64,000 bases of DNA from Paragordius varius (GCA_964247055.1 OZ176055.1:9052001-9116000), one strand, 5' to 3'; positions 44,915 to 57,859 are shown, counted from the stretch's first letter. Numbers and translations are program-made. Notes: generated from the letters alone by a model not told the origin.

Positions 44915-45551
44915 TTACCATTTCTGGCGATGCGTGGAATTTTCAATGACCTTTCCAGAAACCTTACCGTTTTTATCGATGTTAGTTTCTGAAGCAAATT
45001 TACTTGTTTCCAAGGATGCTGAACTTTTAACGATTGGTTTTTTATCATCTACACTTACGCTTTCATACCGATCATTTAACAAGGCTCGATATTTATTTTC
45101 AAACACAACTTGGTTCACGACTTCCGAATCCTTTGTATTATCATCGCTGGTGAAGAGTTCATTGGTTGGATCTAAATCAATTTCCTCGTAATACGTTTTT
45201 TCCTCAATAATTTTTCGCCCATTCTCATCAACGTAAGCGGTATCAATTTGACGACCCAAAAATACCAGCAGGGTTTTGGGTATTTCTTGACTCTTTACAT
45301 CTATCGGGTAAAAATGGAGGCGGGGAAGGCTGGGCATGTTTTGATGTCGATAATGCATATTTTCCATCATACTTTGATAAAGTGTCACATTCAAAGGTGT
45401 TGTCAACTCAACCAACGAACGTTTGTGCCCATGATGACTGTGATAAGAATGATGTTTTTTATGCTTATGTCCACTGTGGTGTCCTTTGTGACCGCCATGG
45501 TGATGACCTATAACAAAAAATAAGACACCCAGATTGTGGATTTAAATTTGA

Positions 45552-45587
<36 letters not shown>

Positions 45588-46486
45588 TTTTACAGAGTAT
45601 ATTTATATGAGAAGTTATTATGCAAAAAATAGTTTAGGGCGAGAAGTTTGCTTAAAACCTATGTAATAGTGAAGGAAAAATTAAAAAGTATATCAATTAA
45701 GAGATGTTTGGGTTTTGATCCAATCAATAAATAAGATAAAATAATAGATGATTAAAAAACTATAAATAAGCATAAATATCGAACTCGTTTCACAAGTTAA
45801 CTTTTACTTAATTTCAAACTGTTTTTATCATTTACTCGTATTCTTTCCTAGATTTTGGCCTTTCGTTTTAAAATACCTAAAAAAACTACAAAATTTTTAC
45901 GCTTCGATTTAATGTGGCAACATATCTACAATAAATTTGTTACCATATTTGTGTTTGTGGTGTCCTTCATGGTGTCCCCCAAACTTTTTGTGAGCGTTTC
46001 CCCATTCAGAATGGCCCGAACCCCATTTCTTGCCCCAGGCCTTGTACCCATGTTCATAACCCTTTTTGAAATGATGCTTTTTGAAGCCGTGTTTTTTGTG
46101 TCCCTTGTAATGTTTTGAATGGGAATGTCCATGTTTCCCAGCATGATGGCCTCCGTAATGGTGATGTCCATGCTTCTTGGAATGATGTGAATCCATACTT
46201 AAAAACATAAATTTTATAACAAACGCCCCGATTTTTAATGTAAGCAAAACTACTTAGATAACTAAAATTTTTTTAGAGTAAATGGTACTTACTGTCCTCC
46301 ATGCTCATCGTGGTGACCGCCATGTAAGAGAAAGGTACAAGCGACATAAGCCTATTACAAATAAGAAAAAATTATTTTTCATTTTTAGGAAATTGTGACT
46401 CAAAAGAGGATAGGAAATGTAAAATTAGATAAAAAATGTCTCACCAAACAAATGGCCAACATACACAAATATATGGTAATTTTCAT
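44915..46486 (-). CDS. Secreted His/Gly/Lys-rich precursor B (315 aa), paralog of A
   Basis: Exons 46486-46445, 46351-46293, 46197-45944, 45507-44915 (GT-AG, in phase). Signal-peptide-like MKITIYLCMLAICLAYVAC, then a His-rich domain ending HHGHKR|SLVE, then a C-terminal domain with PKTLLVFLGR...YVDENGRKII. Confidence 0.88.
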
Positions 46487-47273
46487 AATGCTTCAATATA
46501 TAAGCAAAGCTAATTTGATTTTGATCGGTATATTCCAAAGTACTATTGAAAATTAAAGCGACGTAAAAAAATTGGTAAAACTAAAAATTTGTTTTATTCC
46601 ACTTTATTTATAAATGTTTCCCAATTAGCCCCTGACACAGATTATTTGTAACATATATAAAACAAATTGCTTTTGAACTATTGCATCTTAAAAGAATGAA
46701 TGATTGATTGATAAATTAGTTTTATTTTTTTTCATTATTATTAAAATCTCATATATAATTTGTGTCTCTATCGGTATAGAGATCAAAGGTTAACAAAAAT
46801 TTGACACTTATTAAACAAAGCAAAAGAGCGTGCCATTAAACCCATTTTATCTGCGTGCAAATAATTTTTTATAGTTAAAATATATCTCTATCTATCTCTA
46901 TATAATTTACTAATTAAAGTCAAAAAGAATATTAGTAAGTATATAGGGTGTGTTCACCACTTTTTGGTTAACATGATAAGATCGATTTAAACAATTAATT
47001 ACAAAATAATCAAATATATTTCCACCTTGGCCCATATAGATTAAATCTAATATTTTAAACTTTAACCATGTCTAAATCATGTGAGGAATTGATATTATTT
47101 ATTGAATAATAGTGCAATTGATTAAATACACTGTACTATGTAGGAGTACATATATGGTATCTAAATATACATTAATATTTTATGGTTTTATGTAAAATGT
47201 TTCCAGATGTAATTGAAACTGATACTGAATATTAAATTTACACATTTTTTTGAAACGCAAATAATTTTTTTAA

Positions 47274-47840
47274 CAATTCGATTCAAATTGGGGTATCTAA
47301 ATACCCCTCACAATATTTGAGCTTATATTTCTAAAAACCAACTGAGAGAAACGGTTCCAATTTAAATTTATGCTTCTATCCTAATGTAAATATAACTAAG
47401 CTAAATTAAATAAAATTTAGTTTTAAAAAAAAATTTCCGTATCAAACTACTTGGACGCCATTTTTATTTTACAACACTTTTGCATAATATCGTGTTTATT
47501 GAATTCTATGCTTAAAATTAAGTTTACTTTTTAATTGAAATAACATTTAGCATTTATATAAACAGAAGAGGTGGTATATTTTGCATTCTTTTTATATTTA
47601 GCTTGTGCACATATGTCATGTTGGCTAAATTGTTACTATTAGGTTTTACCTCTGAATAAGTAATATCAAGTATTTTTGAGTGATTTTTTTATATTTCGGT
47701 TCATTAATGTTATATAAGTGCAAACTTTTGCCATGGCTTTAATTTATTCCATATTTTTTAAAATCTTTAATTTTTACATGCCTGGGGTATCTAACTCCCC
47801 CAATTTGAATCGGAGGACATGAATGTATTGTATCCAAGTG
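47274..47840 (+). mobile_element. piggyBac-type non-autonomous element, copy 3
   Basis: Homologous along its length to 13247-13810; TTAA on the left and TTAT on the right. Confidence 0.75.
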
Positions 47841-50689
47841 TTATAAAATGGTTATTTGTCAAACTTATGGAATCAATTAAAAAATGTTTTTATAGAAAAG
47901 AAACTGTTTAAATGTCAGAATATGTTTTTACTTGTTATCAAAAATATTAATAAATAATTAATTTCATTTTCGCATTACTTTTAATTCAAGCTCCCGATAT
48001 TTTCACTGAAACCTTTGAATCTTGCACACATTGTAATTTATTTAATATGATAAATACACGTAATAATATATTACATTAAGCGGTTAAATATGTTTAAAAT
48101 AACGACAACATTTACCTTAAAGTTTTAAAATTCATGATTTGTTATTTGAAAAAAATGACTATTTAATATTTTAACCCATTACTAATGGGATTGAGAGTTA
48201 TTAGGTTAATTTTGGCCCGAATTTCTCTATTAAGAAAAAATATTGGATTTAAATATGATTTTTTTCAGTTGATGCAGCTTTCTTCAAACACACAAAATTA
48301 AGGTAAACAAGATTAAAATTAAATTACCAAAATCGTAACGAGCCGCTGATAATGTGCATTTTAACGGCCAAAATGGGTAAAATTTAGTGCATTTTCTTGT
48401 AAAAATTGTGCCTACCTAATAACCTAGTGTAAATAATTTTATATATGCTATTAACCTAATATGCTTATACAGCTTTGTAAAATATGTGTTTTAGCTTAAA
48501 TTGATTGTTTTTAAAAACATTCTCAGTCATAAAAACGAACATCTACGCATTTTGCCATACCTAACCATAAAAGGAAATTATATCGAAAGAAAACATAGTT
48601 TCAACATGTGATTAAATCTAAACCAAAAATCTAATATTTAATTTCAGAGAAACAATTTTAGTTGCGAATAGGGACAAATAAATTATTAATATTTCATATA
48701 TTTTGTTGTTTGAAATTGTTTCAAAAGATATATATCACTAAATTTAAAACAACAATTTTATTTTACTATATATTATGGCTCATAATAAGCAAAATTTTAT
48801 TTAGAAAAGTCATATATAGATGGATAATCAAGACGCTTCAATTTTTGACCAATTAAATTACGATATATTTAAAGGGTTAAAATCCTTTTCTAGTCCTTTT
48901 ATTTGCAATAAGAATCAACAACAAAATTTTTTTTTCAAAGTTAGCGTTTATAAAATTGATTTAAAAGTGTATCAAACTAATCCATGGGGCTATTAAATCA
49001 GAAAGGAAACACATTTTCAAAAAAAATTGAAAAAAATCCAATCATCATTAAATTAAGCCATCCTTATAACCCTAATTTAAGTAAAATAATTAATTTGGTT
49101 GTCTCCATGCACGTGTTAAATAATATTTTTTAAATGAACAGCGACACATAAAAAACTTATATTTAATATTAGCCAAAAAAATCCAGTCAAAATGATTAAC
49201 ATTGATCTGAAATGCACACAACATATTAAAGGTTAATTTAATATAAACTGTATAAATCGGATTGGTTAAAAACAATTTACTAAATGACTCTATTCTAAAA
49301 TATTGGTTAGAAGATTATAAATTTACTGAAAAAAACAACAAAATTTAGATTAAATAATATAAATTAGGTAATAAAAAATTTAGTAAAAGTTCTTGTGATT
49401 CAGTGAAGATTAAATTTTATTAGCCAAAATCAAGAGACTTTTTTATTTTAACTAAACACTTATAAACTTTATTTATAAACATTTTAAAAGTTCAATCACT
49501 ATGCATTTTCCCTTAAAATTTTCTTATTTTTGAAGTTTGAATCAAATAATTTAATCTTTTGCATCTTAGTTTTAATTTTTTTTAAAGACATTTATTGAAC
49601 CATTAACATTCATGTAATTAATACATCAAACACAATTAAAAAAAGTGCAAGATTTGATGTATATATATGCTAAAAAATGTTTTTTTATAAAGTTTTAATT
49701 AAATAAAAAATATTTTTTGCGGAAAAATGTGGGATTGTAATACAAGAAGTGTTGAATTTTTCTTAAAGAACATATTCTTATTACACAAATTTACCCTCCA
49801 TAAAATGACGCGTCTCCCAATAATTTGTGGCGCTTATAAAGTAATAAGTTTCTCATTTATTATTTCTTTTTCGGATATTATCTTGAATCCTAGTTTTGCG
49901 GGAAAACAACTTTGTTGTCTCTAAAAACTGGAACCTAATTTGAACAAATATTTTAAATGTTCATGATGATAAACATGCAGTAATCGCTGTTTAATATATA
50001 ATGATTTTGATGGATATATAACAAAATATGGCAAAGTTGCAATAAGAATATATGGAAAAAACCAAATGATTTAGAACCCTACTGATGACTGCAAAGCACA
50101 CAAGAGTGTTTACAATTTAGATGATTTATGCCTTTTGGTAAGAAATAGTATACAAATTTACTTTTTCGAGCACCACCACTCAAAAAAATTAGATTTTGAC
50201 TAATTTAAGTGTTCTAAAACCAAATTTGAAAAAAAATTGATCCCCCAATTTGAATTTTGAGATATTACGGGTTTTTCAATTTTTCAAAAACAAGATAAAA
50301 TAGACAGAAAATCAAATATAACTTTATAATAAAAATTTATTCTATCATTAAATTAATATTATTTAATAAAGTGTTTTTGAATATAATTATGATATTTTAA
50401 TATTAAGGAAAAAAATAGTACGGGTATAAACGTTAAAATTTGGTGTTTTTTTAAAGCTAATTTTAAACACGTATAAATTTATATTAAATGTGGTATAAAC
50501 CTTAGGCTTTCAGATAGGCTATATTTATTTTGTTAGTTTTGGTTTTAAGTACTTATTAGGGTTTTTCTCTTCGGTTAAATCTTACAAAAAACCCTGTTTA
50601 TTATACCTAGTAGATATTATTAATTTTTATAATCATTGGATGAGGTATATTTTGAATTTTAAATGGATGTTGTACAGCCACTTTTATTA

Positions 50690-51560
50690 TACTGTTATGG
50701 GCCATAATAAAGCACTTTTAATTCTAATCTTATCCGATTCAATGGTCGAATTTGTCTAACTCTATTCTTGTATTGGTTAATTTGACATATTTTCCTGGAT
50801 TTTCCTGACGTTAATTACGTTATATTCTCTATAGATATCTCCTCCCGGGCTCTACGATCACCTCATTGTATACCTTTGCCATATCTGGCATAATTATAAA
50901 AGCGTTGGGATGTTTTGCAGAGCTTGTGCAAGCGATCTATCACACCATACATTAGCCCTTTTAGATTTTTAATATTGATTTTTAATAATTTGGCTCTTAG
51001 CTTTTAATTTTTTTTAATTATATATTCTTGAAGTTTCATATGCTCTTTTATTTAATACATAGAATTTTTGATTTATTCAATAATTTGAATATTTATTTAT
51101 TGTATATTGTCCATTTCTTTGAGTTACAAGCCCGCTCGATAAGACGTATTTCTCGTAAAGAGAACAAACTTTCAGTAGCGATTATGAGCAGTTTATATTT
51201 TTTAATAAAAAGATAGACGGCATTTTTAGATAATATTATATGGATCAACAATAACATTTTCTGTAGAGTCTTCGTTAAAAAAAATCTTCTGTGGTATCGT
51301 ACACTGGGACTGGTATATTTGGATCATTTGTGCATTGTCGTTCTAAAATTATTAAAATACTTGGCTCTGGAAAACAACTTGTATCGATTGCTCGTTTGAA
51401 TATTTAAATATATATACACGAGAAAAAATTGTTTTAATAAATACAAAATTTAATTTTAAAAAAATCCTATTGGCGCCCTCAATTTTTTGTTTTAACTTTT
51501 CCATGACATTAGGTAATAGATAAATGCAAAAAAATGGGGTGAAAACCTTGTTGAGCAGTG
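50690..51560 (-). mobile_element. Probable decayed Penelope-like retroelement RT fragment
   Basis: By-eye matches across stops and frameshifts: IYLLPNV...G-R-P-like (FYLLPKIHK...RPI region, ~51530-51465) and LKGLMYGVIDRLHKLCK...LKVLYYGP (thumb/linker region, ~50970-50695). No clean YVDD found. Confidence 0.4.
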
Positions 51561-52490
51561 TTATCATTATTTAACTTCAGAAATAGTTTTAAATTTAATA
51601 TTAAATTGATAAATCTTTTTATTTTAGTTTAAACTCTGGGACGATTGAAAAAGCTTGGAGCATAACATCGTTTTAAAACATTTTCGAAGGCAATTATTGG
51701 ATGTGTTTTCATTTTTTAATCGTATCTATGTAGCGCAATATAGGTATTGTTCGTTAGCTCATTCTACTGGATTTATCATTATTTTTTCTATGATATCTGT
51801 TTCCTCTCATCGTCTCAAAAAAGTTGGAAGCAAGGTATGTAAATTTTTAGACCTTAATTTTGCAACTTTTATTTTCTCTCTTCTCAATGTATGATATATA
51901 TAGGTTATAACTATAAATCTATTGTTCAAATACGTTGATTTTATTGTAACCCGTTTTAGTAAGGGTCCGTGATTCCTGAAAAGAAAAAGCGAAAAAGCTA
52001 GGCCCAGTGGAAAGAGCTAGGAAAAGAAAAAATATTTCTTTACATAGATTTCATTTGATTCATCAGCTCCTCTCGCAGATGTGTAACAACGGAATTTTAA
52101 ACTGTCTCAACCGACCAAAAGTTTGTATTTATATTATGCATTTTGAAATAGTTTTATCGATTGAAATGTTTAGATATAAAAATAAAATAACTGAGCACCC
52201 ACCACTCTCAAGTAATAATCGAATTAGCGGATAAAACCCCTAAACAGACGCTTTTCATATTTCGCCACACATATATAAAAATGAATGCTCATCTTAATAT
52301 ATTAATAGATAAAAAAATTTTAATGAAAAATTTTCAAATATATATATATATATATATATATATCAAAATATAATTTATTAGAAACATTTTCTACGTGTTT
52401 ATATATCGAAAAAAATATTGTGCGCACATTTTTTTAAATTAAATACTATAAAATAAATGTGATATTATGTTGCCTGCCTAAAAACTTGGA

Positions 52491-54435
52491 TTAAGAAACA
52501 CCATGAGATGCGAAATATTCCCGCATTTTCAAGCACGTTGGATTTATGCAATGGGGACAAGTTAAACGCATTTGGGTTGAAAACGTTTCTCCACTCTTCA
52601 AATGATTCACCAAGATATCTGCTAAAGCCTAAAACATAATATTATGTTATGGTATTTCTTTTACAGTTCAAATTTACCCTTGAACAATTCAAATTTACCC
52701 TAAAAATAAATTATGTGTTTTCGAACTTATAAGACTCATTATTAAGATGAGATATATGTATCTTTATGGAACAGATTATTATTTTTTCAGTATTATTTTA
52801 ATTTTAATCAAAATTTCATTTATGTAAAAATATAAAAAAATATAAGTATTTTTTTCACTTAAAAAACACTCAATTTATTTTAGGGTGATTTTGAATTGTT
52901 CAAGGATGATTTTAAATTGTAAATGGTATATATTTATATTATATAATCTCACAAAAATAAATTTATTCAAATACCAATTACCTATTATTAATCATTATTA
53001 CAGTCATGTATCCTTTATTTTATATCAAAAATTTATTTTTTTTCGTTAAATGTGTATAAAAATTTGGTAAAGAATGGAAAAAAACAAGAGCTCTATGGTT
53101 TTAACAAATCCTATTCATCAAAAAAGTATAAGATTTATCATAGAGCTTTTGTTTTTTCCATTCTTTACCAAATATTTATACCCATTTAACGAAAAAAAAT
53201 AAATTTATGATAAAATAAAGGATACATGACTGAAAGTCAGTGATAATAAGTTAATCAGAAAATTAATGAATAATTCAGGGCAAAAAAAACATTTTTATTG
53301 CCACGGTTTGAATACCACTGGATTAAGTTGTTTAACGATAACAATATATTCAAAACCAAAGTTTTATAAATAAGATATCCTTAAACTCAAAGCGGAGCTT
53401 TCTATATGATATTAATTACTATTATTCACCATTTAGAAACGTTCTACATTTATTCATACCTCATATTTAACCACTACAAATGGTATAAACGACAAAACTC
53501 TAATACTCAAACCTGCTCTTGTCAGTCAGTAACTCAAAAAAATGAAATGTTTTAGACTTTTGTCACTTATTATCTATTAAAAGACAAAAATTAAAAGTTA
53601 ATGTCATTTGAAACCTCCACATCACGCAAAGTTGTGCATCATTATTCTTTGGCTGGTGAATATGTAAAAAAATTATGGTTAAGGAGTCGCGGTTGCCGTT
53701 CTCCTTTCTTTGGTACAGATCTTGTGCTTAACCTTTCAAGTTTTATTTAATTTTTTTTTACTTATAAAAATTAATAGGTAACGATAAAAATATAAAGATA
53801 AAACAACCAATATATGTACAGAAGATCGTGTTGGCGTGTCATTTAACGTGTTTTAATGCAACAATTGAACAATCGGCATTAAATACGGAACAAAATAAGA
53901 AACGAGAAATATTTGCAAAGAATATAATAGATGAAACTGATTACACGATAATAGAGTATTGTTACACCGGATTTTTGCCGTTAAATTTTGAGTAAATTAC
54001 AATAACAATTCGATAATTTGATAGAAACATTATGAATGTATATAAACGCTCTCTCCGTATGGAAATCAAATCAATTTGTGATGCTATAAAAAATGTTTTG
54101 GCAAACTTTGTTGAACGCGAAAATTTAATTTCAACCCTAAATTTAAGCGTTGCTTTGCAAGAAAAAACAATGCTGGCATCTGGCGATCGTTGTGAATTAA
54201 CCGAATATTTGTTTACAAAATTGTTTAAGAGTTATGGAGATGTATTAACATTTAACTCCTATATCCCAAATATGAGTTTTTCCACAATTAAAAAATTGAT
54301 AAACCGAGCGAAAAAACCGTTAACCGAGATTGATGTAAGGCAAACATACCTCTAATGAAATCTATAATTACACACTTTAAAAAATGTAATTAAAAAACAG
54401 CATTTGAAGTGAGAATAAGTTTATTTAAAGAAAAA

Positions 54436-54491
<56 letters not shown>

Positions 54492-57400
54492 GCTAAAGGT
54501 AGGGTTTTTGACCAATCAAAAAAAAAACTATCATAAACTGCTTGGGAGGTAGTCATTCGAAGTCATTTGAAGTCGGTAATAAATACCACAATTAAAAAAC
54601 TAAAAATTAAAATAATATTGTAAGACAAAAAATTTTTTCAATATTTTAACTATATATAATAATTTTTCACGTGATAAATTGATTCTTAAAAAGTTTTTTG
54701 TTTAAATTAATCCTATCATTGGTATCAAATTAATGTGTACTCATAAGCGGTTAGTCAGACTTCAAAATAAAAACCTTGTTCAAAATCATATCATAACTTT
54801 TTTTTTCGTCCCCAGAAATTAGCTATTGTATGCAAATGGATATCGGGTCAAACAAAACAGGCAAAACCCAACCAAAAAAATAATGTAAATCACATGACGA
54901 TGGAATTGCTACAACAGATTGAATGGAATCAAATGCAAGATGTGAAAATTATCATTCGATTATTGGACACTATTGGACTCTTAAATAATGTCCAAATCAT
55001 GGCGTTTGTAATGAAAGAACTTTGGTAAAGACAAATATTATATTATATAATTTCCTCTTTTATTAAACTCCATTTGTGAATTAAATTTAACTTTAAACCG
55101 TTATTATAACTCAAACCTTGATTCACCCTTGTCCTTTCAAATTAATAAACTTTTCAAAAAAAATATTGTATTTTTGGCTGCTTTGAAAATTGTTACACAT
55201 TAAACGTTAAAATACGGATAAATAAATTAAGTAAATATTAGACTAAAAAGTGAAATAAGGGAAGAGTAAATTTTATTAAGTAGTTAATATTTAGCAAAAA
55301 AATTGCAAAAACTATGAATTACTCTTTTTACATATATTATTTATTTTGGTTTATTTTACAGCTAAGATAATAATTATTAATTAATCTCTTACCATTAGTA
55401 TTTAATTCACCTCATGTCTTAATTCAATAATCTCAATTAGAAAATTTAAAAAAAAAATTTTAACAATCATTGTCCATTTTTGTAGGGAAAACAAATTATT
55501 GGCTAATGAAACAACTAATCAATCTGCCATTTAACACACAGAGATTCTCCGACAAGACAAAATTTTACCGTAAAATGAATATTTTCTAAATTATTCAATA
55601 AATTAATCAAATTAATTACGATACGATACCTTGATGAAAGTTGCGTTATCATTGAGAGAGGGCGCACGGCGTATAATTATATCCCTTTCTAGGGCACTTT
55701 TAGTTTCTGCTGATGTTTGGGCCTGCAAAATACTTTCCTTTAACTCCTTGGTGTATTCAATATCTAATTCATGCAAAGTTTCAATGTGATCACTGGTGAA
55801 TGCAATAGGTACCAATAGTAGGGCAGTATGTCCCTTACCAATCAAACCACGAATGACTTCATCCGTGAATGGTGATAACCATTCCACGGGTCCGACCTTT
55901 TTTTAAAAATTCACATAAATAAATTTTTGCAGTTTGTGCGGTTTATAAAATAAATTTTAGATATTTGATAAATTAATGTAAAAGACTAAAAAATTTTTAT
56001 ATCCACATACATACGATTGTCAAAAACAGTAAATATTTATGTTATTGGTAACATGGGTCGTCTTTATATATTTTGTTTCCAAATATTTTTTTGGGAAAAT
56101 CCCAATTTTTTTGAATCTCGATTTATTTTGTTTCAATATGATCCATATGAGAGAATATTAAATTGACTGTATTAGCAAATCACTTTTGCTTAGCACCCAC
56201 AAAATAACAAAAACATAAAAAGTAAAAGATTAATTTTTTAATCAGAGAAAAAACCTTGTTTTTAAATAACTTTAAATGTTTATTTTGATAAAATTACAAT
56301 GTACATAGTTGTTAACTAATTATTTAGATATACATTAAGGTGGAAAATATATATTATTCCAACTATAAATTTAAAGATCGTAGCATTAATCAATGTATAT
56401 TAAATTTGACATATACAATTTATGTAAATTCTTAAAAGTTTACCATCTTCTTTTTCAATGCTTTATATTAAAAATCCCTCTTTCGTAAGTTTGAAAAGAG
56501 CAAAAAGTCGACTAAAAACATATTCAGTGTTAGAATAAATTTTTTTAATTTGCATTTATACAATTTTTTAATTTATCGTTTAAACTTATAGAAATAAAAA
56601 AAGTCACATAATGTCGAAAAATTATTCGTGTTTTAAATGAAAGACAAATAAATTAAGATAATAAAAAAGTTTTACTAATAACAGCAAATGTTATAGTTAA
56701 TTAATTAAATCTATATAAAGTATCTAGTATTATTTGTAGTTTGTTATTAATAAAACCCTTCAACAAATAAATAAATAGTGTGAAATGCTTTACTTTGGAT
56801 TGCCAAACCAATCGATACGGATGTGAATTATTTAATTCTTTCATGACTAAATCTACAGTGGCGGCGATTTCGTGGGGATAAGGATCACCTCTTTTAACAG
56901 TCTATATATATGTATTTAGCAAAATGATATCAGCTTTCTACGCTTAAATTTTTATTCTAACAAAAAAAAGTACACTGAAAATTTTATTATATATCACCAA
57001 ATTAATTAATTTACAAGTATTAAATCATTTTATATTTTGATCACAAAACAAATGTTGGGTTTTTTTCGTTTGGTTATATTTACAAACAGTCACAGTTATA
57101 AATACATTAGGTCAGAACTAACTCTAGTAGTTACAACAATCAAAATATAACATACGGATAAAGGAATGGAATGTGCAGAAAATAATATCACAACATTTTT
57201 GCGTTGTTTTTCGGGGAATTTTTCTAATTCGGATCGAATATTTTCAGCAAATGCCTAAATAATCATAAATAAAAAGAAAACTTTGATGAGACCTGGATGG
57301 TTGTGCCATCTATCAATAATACTCCAAGATATTCCATTCACTAAATTTTGGTTTTGGAGACAATACCTGTATATTGCATTCAAACTAGATCCAGTTGTAG

Positions 57401-57859
57401 AACAGCAATATTGAGGATATTGAGAAAATATCACTATTCGTTTAATGTTATCCCTAAAATTATTCATATACATATATAAATACTTAATCATTTGATTGAT
57501 TGCATTTTCAGCTAATGGTTCCGCATACCGAAATCCGATATAATGTTTCATATCAATTTTATCGTTCTATATTATATTTTCTATTTACTTTAATCTGAGT
57601 TAACATTTTTTCACCCTGCAATTGGGACCAATCATATAGGGGCGATTTCCCACCAATCTCTGCATAATGCTTTTTACTTTTCGGTGCCTTCATTTTAGCT
57701 AAAAAGGGGCCAAAATATCTAAATTAATGGAAAAAATTACTTTTGAAATGGTAATTTCATAATATCATTATCTGTAAAAATTCGGGATAAGTAGCTTTCA
57801 ACCTCTAGCAGAGATCTAGGCCCACCCATATTTACCATTAAAATACCAATTTTATTCAT
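52491..57859 (-). CDS. FECH: Ferrochelatase (8 coding exons, 371 aa from the first recognisable Met)
   Basis: Exons 57859-57741, 57718-57589, 57566-57484, 57453-57282, 57254-57156, 56901-56794, 55896-55630, 52628-52491. Motifs [67 protein letters not shown] and the [2Fe-2S] tail CPHCINPTC. Confidence 0.96.
52661..52928. mobile_element. MITE family A, copy 6 (in the last FECH intron, ~30 nt from the acceptor)
   Basis: ttacagttcaaatttacccttgaacaattc ... tttaaattgtaaatggta; shared core. Confidence 0.75.
53001..53232. mobile_element. Palindromic MITE (CAGTCATGTATCC termini)
   Basis: About 100-bp arms in inverted orientation: cagtcatgtatcctttattt...gagctctatg and catagagctt...ataaaggatacatgactg. 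Confidence 0.7.
53601..55028 (+). CDS. BTB/POZ-BACK domain protein (291 aa, no kelch repeats seen), nested antisense in the last FECH intron
   Basis: Exons 53601-53739, 53778-53991, 54025-54334, 54816-55028 join in frame with GT-AG introns. BTB-like TDLVLNL...[12 protein letters not shown]...IIEYCYTG...NIMNVYKRS...ICDAI; BACK-like [10 protein letters not shown]...[12 protein letters not shown]...ELLQQI. Confidence 0.72.

Noticed and set aside
50082-50110. CTGATGA followed by a small hairpin (ctgc-aaa-gca), a possible second hammerhead
   Set aside because: No GAAA after the hairpin and no stem III or stem I pairing; at most a decayed relic.
54900-55010. [11 protein letters not shown] frame resembling a MULE transposase motif
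   Set aside because: That frame has stops, and the overlapping frame is open and completes the BACK domain of the nested BTB gene.
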